From NCBI GenBank assembly GCA_905330535.1, contig CAJNVN010000274.1:54727-81501 (forward strand): a DNA stretch of 26,775 nucleotides, given 5' to 3'. A program made the translations under genes and the position numbers. Below are positions 1-9,900 of the stretch, piece by piece (position 1 is the first letter of the stretch; each line of letters starts with the position of its first letter). Origin of the DNA: Rotaria sp. Its lineage: Eukaryota. A model generated the notes under the pieces. The model was not told the origin of the DNA, ran no database searches, and was given only the letters and a program-made list of their open reading frames with translations.

Positions 1-105
1 AGTAGGAAGATTAATATTAAAAAATCAATGAAATAGGAAGCATGGAAATTTTTATCTTCGATGTTTTTGATAAATTTTCTATAGATTTATCTAAGAGCTA
101 ATGAT

Positions 106-200
106 GAAACTTCTTATTTTGCTACTTTCAAAGATCTTCTTTGCACATTGTACGAGGATACCCGCGGTCCTTATAAAGACATTCTAGACGAATTCAAAGG
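106..200 (+). pseudogene. Possible exon or exon remnant of a second, upstream TRPM-like copy: NDETSYFATFKDLLCTLYEDTRGPYKDILDEFKG; left boundary uncertain, gene or pseudogene status unknown
   Basis: Open frame ending at AAAGG|gtattt. L..LYEDTRGP..DILDEFKG resembles the TRPM L(E)ELYNTxxGPxxxxxxLVRDVKxG block, which in the main gene should fall between exons 5344-5499 and 6319-6489. Confidence 0.35.
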
Positions 201-3200
201 GTATTTACTTTTTTAGTCAAGTTCAACGTCTGTATAAAAAACAGATTGAGTACTTTTGACCCTGAAAAGTATAAATATATGTGAACGCAAAGAACTAAAA
301 TATAATTGAACGTATTAATATGAGATGTGAGTACTGATATTGATGCTTCAAGTGATATTATATTGTGTGATATAGTAGCTTGAGAGAGTAATAATGTAAA
401 CCAAAAACTGTGATGATCAATTGTTCGAAATCGTCCAAAGACATTTCAAAACACGACTGTCAATGAATGCTGCCCTACAGACTATGACAGATAAATCAAC
501 ATATCTATTACAACGTGTTGCAGATTCATCAAAGTTTCTTAGCTCCGTCATCGTGTGTAAAAGCTGGGCAAATTTTTCGATATACCAAATTGGTTTTTGT
601 GACAAATTCTAACAGACATGACAGCTAACTTGTTTCATCATAACTAAACTGATTTTGCAGTGTTTCATAGTTGACTTCTGAATGCATTATCTTAAAACTA
701 TTTACATTAAGAAAAAGAAACTAGTGTTTTTCATTATTTCACAAATCTTCTAAGTAACTTCGTCAATCGTTCTCTTACAATCATCACTAACCATCTTGAT
801 TTATTCTTTGTAAACAAATCATATATCTGCAAATTTCGCATCATTATCATCATCCCGACATAAAATTCGAGCGATAAATAATTCAGCAATAATTTGCAAC
901 ATCATGTTTACTTTCTTGGTTTTCGTTCTGTGTAGTGTGTCTATATGTTCTACTCCGTTCGCCTCACAATAAAAGACTCAAGATCTTCTATTATGTTTAA
1001 GCGGAAGAATTTTTTAATTGAGTATCATATTGTCTTTCGTAGTTTACTTACAATTGTGTTGAACTCGCATATATTTTTGAAGGAAATAGTGAGTGCAAGT
1101 TTTAAGATGAAGTTTTTTCTGTCCTCCAATGTATCCTCTATCATAGCAATAAGCAATGGTGCGTAATCAACCTCTATGGTTCTACTATTTCTAAACTCTG
1201 GAGATTCTAATTCCTGATCTAAATATTATATATTTAAGTTTTGTGAAATTTCCATATCTTTTCGTTGAAAATAATAGTAAATGTAAGCGTAAATTAAAGC
1301 TTTCGACTCGCCTACACCTTTACTATTATATGTTGTAATAACTGCTTTGGTTTAGAAGGTTTTAAAAACTTCTAGAATCTTCTTTTATATCAGAATTGTT
1401 CAAATATTCTTAAGAATAGTCGCAATAAGTCAATCTCCTTTTTTTGCACATCTAAAGATTATACGATCCATTTAAAAGATATTCCTTTGATTTCCTATAA
1501 TCTGGATATGAGTAAGATAAAAGTATGTTAAAATTACTTTCTAACTTTCAGGAATATTTAGTTTCTACCTTATTCAGTACATGGTGATGTACAAAAGATT
1601 GTGAAGATCTGGGTAACACGTCATAAATGCGTATAGTAAGCTTATCTTTTCAAAAAAATGAAAGTTTGAATCAAGTACTATGAAATAATGAAATTGCGAT
1701 AAAAAAAAGGAATAATACATTGCGAACAAAGACAAGAAAAAACAATGAGCATTAGAAAAAAATCTGTTTGTAATATATAAATAGGAATTGTTACAGATTA
1801 ATCACTGGTCGTAATATTTCTTTAGAAATTTAATATTTTCCACCTTTTCTATTAATTCTATAAAGATATTAATAAATGGACACCGAGATGAAGGAAATAG
1901 CTTAAAATACATAAGTTTCGTTGTGAGAAGGTTTTCAAGTGTATATTTTCACTCAAATGATAAAACTAATTTTAATATATTCATTAATTTGGCAGTGTGT
2001 AAAAACAAAGTTTTTCAACTTTTTGGTGACAAAATGTAGTATAATTATAACAGTTTGAGTCTCGTGGGTTCCACATTTTGAATATTTTAGAACAAATTTA
2101 CACAAATTTCAAAGCTCCAATACAGAACTGAACTCATGAGTTTGAAATGTTCAGCTAAAAGTCCCTAAATTAGACATATTTAGGTATAAAACTATTAATT
2201 TAAGTGCTGAGTTTTCGCAAGAAAAATATTAATAAAACGTGGGCCTTCTATAACGTGGTACAAATTTGTTTCTGAAGAGACTTTTTTATACTAGTGAACG
2301 GAGGGAGAAGGGAGGATTAGTTCATTTTGAGTCCTTTATTTAGCATATAATTTGCATCATCACATGTTCAGTAACTCTTGAAAAATTTCAAAAGGTGATT
2401 ACGACAATAATTTATTGGTCTCTACTATATGTATTTGTATTCTAAGTGATAATTTAAATGAAATAATGTTAATCGATATCGAAAATGTGATTATCATATT
2501 CTTATGTCTATGGTACTAACAATAATAGACAACAGATAATAGAATATTATATGATATGAAACATTAGCAACAGTGCTCAAGTCTCATATAGATATATTCG
2601 GTCTCCTATCATTTTCTATATGCATTTAAACTAATTTTATTGATGTATGCATTCCCATTTTCGTCGTTCGTTATATTCTACACAGTTTTGCATGATCTTT
2701 TCTCATTAAAAATTAACCTCTCCTTTATATCACGAATTTAATTTAAAAAAATAATGTCGATTTCGATTTTTCCATATCCACAAATATCTTCAAGAGTCAT
2801 CTGCATAACTTACAAAAGTACAAACATTGCTCTTGCAATTACTCTGAACATAAGTTGGACGCAACAATTGCATCTCAGAATTTTAGATTTTAACTATTGG
2901 TTTCGAAAAATTCTGACGATGATGTTTTCTTCATGTCTTCCTGAGTTTGCAAACCTTATACAGACTTTAGGTCGGAAGTAAAAGATTTCAAAAAAAGTTG
3001 AACTATAAGGGATATGCATAGCTAGTAGACTAATGTTAGTTTTTCATTGCTGGACACATTCGAATTTTCCACGAACATTCTACAAGCATGTGTGTAGCTC
3101 ATATTTTGACCACCTTTAAGCTTCATCAGACAAGTGTACATCATTTATTTCTTGAATAATTTTCAAACTATACTTGAATGAATTAGGTGATTAATAGAAA

Positions 3201-3390
3201 AAAACTTGAAATATTTTGTCTAAAAGTGGTATATATCCTTGGATTTTATGACTTTCGATAAATCGTACAGATTGAGGGTGGAAGGATTACATGTATAGAA
3301 CACATGTGAAAGCTCTATTCTAGTCAGGCAGTGATAACCAAGTGTCAATTATTTTATGATTTTCTTATCTGATAAACTTGTTTCTTGTAG

Positions 3391-3984
3391 GGAACTGGCC
3401 AACTTGCTGACGTTATCGCTGAGATCGTTGATAGTGTCACCGGATTCATCGATAAAAATGGCGGAAAACGGAAATTTGACCTCGATCAATGGGAATTGGA
3501 TAATTGGCGGAAACTTTCTCGCTACAGTGAAAATTCGTGGACATCACGAATTCAAGGAGAGAAGAAGGAAAAGGAAGTTGAGACAAACGAAGATGCTATA
3601 AAAGATGAGGCATACGAGAATGAGACAAAGGAAAAGGAGACAAAGGAAGAGGAGACAGAGGAAGAGGGGACAAAGGAAGAGGGGACAGAGGAAGAGGGGA
3701 CAAAGGAAGATGCGACAAAAGAAGATGAGACAGACGAGAATGAGACAAAGGAAGAGGAGATAAAGGAAGATGCGACAAAAGAAGATGAAAAAGAAAATAT
3801 TGAGAAATGCATAGGCATCCTAGCCTGCAAAAGTGAACTCATTGTGGTATTTGATCCCATGGGAGCCACCGGAAATTTGGAAGATGTGATTGCTGAGGCA
3901 ATGCGAAAGCGAATATATTTTCTACGTGAAAAACACCATAGTTTCAATGGTTTGTCGCTTGCAAAGGAGTTGCAATGGTGTCTG
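3391..3984 (+). CDS. TRPM-like exon: GTGQLADVIAEIVDSVTGFIDKNGG...SWTSRIQG, Lys/Glu-rich repeat, NIEKCIGILACKSELIVVFDPMGATGNLEDVIAEAMRK...ELQWCL
   Basis: Acceptor tttcttgtag|GGA and donor CTG|gtaatg; 198 codons open in frame. Motifs match the end of the TRPM SLOG-like region (GSGRxADVIA) and the LLTVFxxxGGxxLDxAILxALL block. Confidence 0.82.
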
Positions 3985-6900
3985 GTAATGTTTTCTGCTT
4001 GAATCTAGTGAAAAAGAAATGCTTAATATCTTGCTTAATTTGTTTTTAGATCTGGAACAAAGCAGATCATGCAAGGCAGAATGTATTTGCTGATTATGTA
4101 TTTGAAAATATGACATCTTCAGAAGGAAGACGAGAATTTGTGAGTACACTTTATAGTTCAACGAAACCATGCCAAATCGATTCGCATAAATGAGCAGGAT
4201 CTCCATGAGTTTCACAAAACTAATGGAAATTTCGAAATGTATATTAGAAAATTCAATTTCCAATATTTAGTTAGATGAGTGAAATAGTAGTGTGCCATCT
4301 AGAGAAAAATGCTCAATTATGTCTATTTTTCTACCCTTAACTAAATTTTGCCAGAGAAGAAATTTGAAAATGCAGTAAAACCTGTTTATAATAGGCTATC
4401 TATGGTCTTTCAAAAAGGTTTCATTGCATGTGACAGGATATCTATTATAGTGATGTTAGACGGGGTTAGAGACATGCTGTTGTATTGAAAGAGAATACGC
4501 CTAGTCAGCCATCCAAATTGTGCCTGTGATTGAGAATATTATCTAGAGCTCATTGTTTTCTCGTGCTCTGATTTTTTTCGCTTTGAAATCCGAAAAATTG
4601 GTTACCACTTAAATCAACACTTAATAGCAGTATTGTTCTCATGTCAAACTTAATGGAATACTAGAGGATTTTAATATGAGTTCACCTAGAAAAATGAAAC
4701 ACTATACGGGTCATTTTCATTACTGCTGATTATAGAGACAATATTAAAAAATCTTTCAGTAGCTTGATGTTTCCCACCTTAAAAAAAGTTTTTATCTGAA
4801 CTAATTTATGAAAATGTTTTCATTGCCCACCAAGATAGATTGTACTCTGTTTAACTTAGCGGCTATCTTTTGTCTATTAATGACATATCTAATCGATAAA
4901 AAGAAAGTTCACTATACTGTATGATGTTCGATCATACAATACGCGAAAATTTCTTCATATTCTCAAGTAGTTTTCGCTATAGAAGTATTTGCTTGAGTAT
5001 GACCGTGTAAAGATATCGGCCTTATAAAATTTGTCACTATAGAAAAGTTGAATCGTATCAAATATTACTCTATTGAGGTGCCAAGTATCCATAGAAAAAC
5101 TTCAACTGCATGTCATCCAATCCTAAGCAAATTAATAAGTGCAACTATCGGATCCGGTGCAAGCAAATATTATGAGAACTGATAGACTATTTTTAATGAA
5201 CTGAGATTCTCATAATTACAAATCTTTTCTGAACTGCCCTTGAGCATTTCAATTTGTGATAAATATTTTTAAAAGCGAAGTTCTATTTCTGTGCTCATTA
5301 TTAATCCTTAACTCTACGATCTACCATATATTTTTTTTGTTAGATTATAAATGTAGCACCGGCAGTACTCATTGAAGCATTGTGTCGAGGCAACGTATCT
5401 TTCGTGCATTTGCTTATGGAAAATGGTGTATCAATGAAAGATCTCAACATAGAACAATTAAAATCAGAAGATCTCAAGATGTTTTGTGTGAAAACACTGG
5501 TAGATTGATCTTTATATATAGCTTCATTGTACTTTTCAGCAATGTTCAGATTTCTCAAAAAACAAAGTTTGAGCAATACACAAACTGTTTTAAAAGTTTT
5601 GATGATGCATATACATATACATATGATAATGAAAGGAGTGAAGACTTGTAAATGAAGAAAGAGCATACTAATTCCGACTGTAGTTTTGGAAATATCATTG
5701 GATTGACATGGTTGGAATATTTTTGTAGTTCACTTTGTTGTATGCCAAACTTCGGATTGTGAAGGCTCTTACCATTATAGCATAAAGAAGTTTTAAACAT
5801 TTCCTAGAGTTGTTACTTTTAATTTTTGGTAACTGTTTAATTTAGCTGATAATGAAAACTTAATTTTACCGATTATTATGTTCTTTATTCGTACTTACTG
5901 CAGTTCTTTCGATATTTTTAAGTGAGATTTTCATGTTCCTGAGTTTTCTATGTTTACTGCGGATTTTGGATGAAATTTCTGAAAGCACTTGTTACTAATT
6001 TCAGTAACTACTGTTATAGTCCTATTGTAATTGTCTTTCTAAAAGCGGAAACTTACCAAATTTCAGACATATTTGTTTTTGGAAATCTGAACATACTTCC
6101 AAGTTTTGTCATTAAATATGCATTACTTGTCTATTAAGAATAACAATGCATTACCTCTCGACGAGACTATAGGTACTAATGACGGTATCAATAAGAATTC
6201 TTCGGAAATGGTGGAAAAAATATATTCAGCCTATTGCAATCAATATTTAAAAGACTACGTAAGCATTTAATATCAGTGAATGTTTACATTTTATACAATG
6301 ATCGAGTCGATGCTTTAGATTACAAATAAAGAAAATTTACAAACAATCCAATCAATCATGCCTCCTTCTGATCAGACTCCTCGTGGAACGAAACAGCTAT
6401 TTGACGAAAACAAGATTGAAAAACTTTATCTGTGGTTTTTATTCATGAATCGACCAGAAATGGCCAAGTTTGTTTGCTCACTGTGCCAAGTAAGAGATAT
6501 ATGATGTTCACTTATTATTTATTATCATATCGAATTTTCCATTCAATCTTTACTACATGTTCACTATCAGAATCAGACAGTTGCCACTCTTCTCGCAGTC
6601 GTGATTTATTCAAAGGCAGCAAGGAAGAACACAGAAAACAAAGATAAGTTAATAAAAACTGCAAAGTAAGTCAGACGCATTTTTATTTCTTTGATAACTT
6701 ATGTTGCATGCATGTTTTATTTACTTATTGATGAAAACAGTGAGTTCGATGAACATTCTAAAGAAATTATAGACAAATGTTTCACTAACGACAATCAACT
6801 TGCTCTTGATATAATCAAAGATAGAGCTGAGACATTCTACAATTGTATTCCGTTGGAAGTAGCGCAGTGTGCTAATTGTGAAGCTTTTCTCGCCAGTGAC

Positions 6901-9900
6901 ACTGTCCAAAAGTATCTCAGTTACAAGTGGTATCATGAATTCGACGATCAACACCAACTACTGAAATTAGATATTTCTATTTGGGTTTGTCGATCATATT
7001 TGTAGAATACTCTCATAATCCATTCGATATTTTATTTAGATCTGTCTTAGTTCGTTTTTTCTGCCTCTTTTACCAATTTCACCTGTATTTTGTCCTTCAT
7101 TCTACAAGAAATATTCTGACAAATTCAAAGTATTTTACATAAAATAGTGAACATTTTGTGAATGACTCTTGCATATTCTGTCTCTACATAGAAAGACAAT
7201 AAATCAATGCAACGTCGTCCGATGTTATCCTGTCGGCAGATGTAGAAGGATTTTTTTCTCTGTTTTCGTTTTAAATTGTATTTCTTTTTACAGATGTGCA
7301 TATGATACGGTCCCAAAAAAGCCCTCTTCCGGTAGAAAGGACGCGAGTTCTTCTCAAAATTGCAAAGAAAAATCCGATTCTTCACAGTGTCATGTTAAGG
7401 ATAGAATTATATGGTTTTACCAAACACCAATGGTACTATTTTACCATAATTTTGTAAGTGTCTTCCCATATTACACCGCTTTATATTTTTGTACATTGTT
7501 GTTACATTTCAAATTTAGATTTTCTACTTCCTATTTTTGATTTTATTCAGTTATGTTCTTCTTGTCGACTATCTCCCACTAAATCGAGATGGTAGTGAGC
7601 GCTCCGGAATTCGAAATCTTCCGATTCCAATTTCGGAAATCATCTTACACATTTATATGTTAAGTTTCATCGTCGATGAAATTGATCAGGTCAGTGTTTT
7701 CACTCTATGAAATAGACATGTTATTTTTCTACAACTTATCTGTCTTCATTATTAGATTATTAGATCTAAAGAACGGAACCATGACTATATTGCCAACGGC
7801 TGGAATCGAATGGATCTAGCAGGCATTCTCTGTTATTTAATTGCATTTATCACTCGATTTTTTGTTGTCGAATCCGTTTTTGCGGCGTCAAAGTAAGATA
7901 TTATTTCTTGCAATTCTATTTCAACTAAGATCCTATTGACATAGAAAATATTTTCTATTGAGATTCAGAAAAATATCAATTGAGATGCTTTGAAAAAAAT
8001 ATTCATCTGCTGGATCTGATCAAGAGATAGCTCCAACTCCTAAATATTTTCTGAATGAGGTTTGTTTTCTGAAAAAGTTGTATGAATATTGACGAAATAG
8101 CTTGAGAAAAATGATGACTCTATCTTTTTGCTTCATTGTTGGTAACAAATGCATATAGATATTCTTAGTCGAGTGACTATGAAGATAGTGAAATTTATAT
8201 TGATATGGAAAATGATGTATATCATACATTTTCGAATAGATTCTATCAGAAATCATACTCTTTCGAATACAGAGTTAATCACACTTTAGGAAATAATGGT
8301 TTCCAAATGGAAAACTAACATCTCGCTTACATAAATAGTCTCAATAGCAGTAAGCTACCTTCAGATGATCGAAAATTAAATTTCCTCATACATTTTATCT
8401 TAGCTATCTGTAGTAAACCGTACATATTTTTTAACTATTGTGGCAGGAATATTGTGTAACATTGTTGTTTTTTAGACATCATAATAATTTTAACTAATTT
8501 GGCTGTTTTGTTGCAAAACTTGATTTTGATTCAAACATAAATTTTATCAAATTGAACTTTAGAATGTGTAGTTATTGATTAAACTGCATCCCGATCTCCT
8601 AAAGACGACGCAAAAAGAAGGCGTGTGAACTGAAATAATATGTAAAAAATACTATTTGTTTCAATCTATCATTTAGTATTGAAAGTCCTAATCAATTTCC
8701 TATGTATTTCTTGAGTCATCATCTTAACAATAATAATAAAAGGTAGATTTTCTCACCCACTAAAAGTCAGTTAAAAGCAACAAAACTGATGAATATTAAA
8801 TACTGCTCGCGATTTTCTTCTAAAAATAATGACGAATAGAATCCACTGTAATCTGATTTTTATTTAGAATACTTATGTCAATTGATTTTATTATTTGGTG
8901 CATACGAATACTGTATTTTTTTTCTGCATTTGAAGTGCTGGGACCAAAACTAGTGATGATCTATAAAATGGTGAGTATGTCATGTATTAGAATAATATTC
9001 ATGTCTCTTTTTGTCTTTTACTGTAGATGAAAGATACGTTTTTGATCTTTGTGTGTTTCATACTTGTTTTTCTATTCGCATTTTCAATTACTTCGTGGTC
9101 TCTGTTGTCTACCAAGAATCAAATCACTTGGTTGTATGCAACCAATAGTTCGATGATTAATTTTACTGTATCGAATGAAAACAGAATACAATGGAGTTGG
9201 CAATTATTACGAGATGTATTTAATTGGGGCATTTGGAAAGTATTCGGACAGGTCGCGGAACCTTTTAAAAATAATGCTACCGATATGGACGTAATTAGTG
9301 GTACGAAGATATATATATTTTTACTGCTACTGTTGCTGAATAAAAATTTTATTCCTATTTTCTTTAGAAAATGATGTTTATGGTACGTTTGTTTTCTTAT
9401 ATGTCATTGCTTTTGTAGTAATATCAAATGTACTTCTTTTGAATGTTCTGATCGCAATGTTCAAGTGAGTGTAAAACAGACGGAGGAAAGTTTTTGGAAT
9501 AATTTTTATTTGATACTATGTAGTGAGAGAATTGGAGAGGTACTTAAAAAATCAAATACGATTTGGCGGTATCAGCGATTCCGATTAGTTAATGAATTCT
9601 GCGAAAAAGCCGTGCTGCCTCCTCCATTCAGCGTTATCTCCCTTTTAGTGCGTTTATTGTACCATATAATTTGTGCATTACGACGTTCTAAGAAAGGTAC
9701 CATCTTCTTTGAGAACATCTCTTATAAAATGAGACATACTTTGGAATTTGATGGCCATTTATCCATTTTAGATGAATCATCTAAGAATCCTAACGAAAAA
9801 AACTTGCGTCAGATGAATGATGAAAAAGAATATGCTGAAATGTATTGGAAATCTAAAGTATTCATCAAAGGTACTCAGTTCTCTACTGACCAAGCTCTGA

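Noticed and set aside
417-612. Overlapping ORFs on both strands (62 and 63 aa)
   Set aside because: I looked for a TRPM N-terminal or other domain on either strand and recognised none; the length is compatible with chance.
3552-3947. 131-aa minus-strand Ser/Phe-rich ORF and the 60-aa MSHLPLSPLPL ORF
   Set aside because: They are antisense to the Lys/Glu-rich coding repeat. A stop-poor repeat stays open on both strands, and the + strand has the homologous protein.
5340-5800. Overlapping ORFs on both strands at 5340-5800, including NVQISQKTKFEQYTNCFKSFDDAYTYTYDNERSEDL after a ttttcag-like acceptor
   Set aside because: The minus ORFs are antisense to a supported exon. The + strand candidate does not join in phase to the next exon and has no recognised similarity.
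8020-8256. 78-aa minus-strand ORF in the S3-S4 intron
   Set aside because: Low complexity, no recognised motif, and it lies in an intron bounded by strongly supported exons.
9301-9320. Short AT microsatellite-like run (atatatatat)
   Set aside because: Very short and expected in AT-rich introns.
9465-9523. Start of the ORF-track protein 9465..9920 (first ~20 residues)
   Set aside because: This is intron sequence. The homology-supported join is 9464 to 9524; only the remainder of the ORF is exon.
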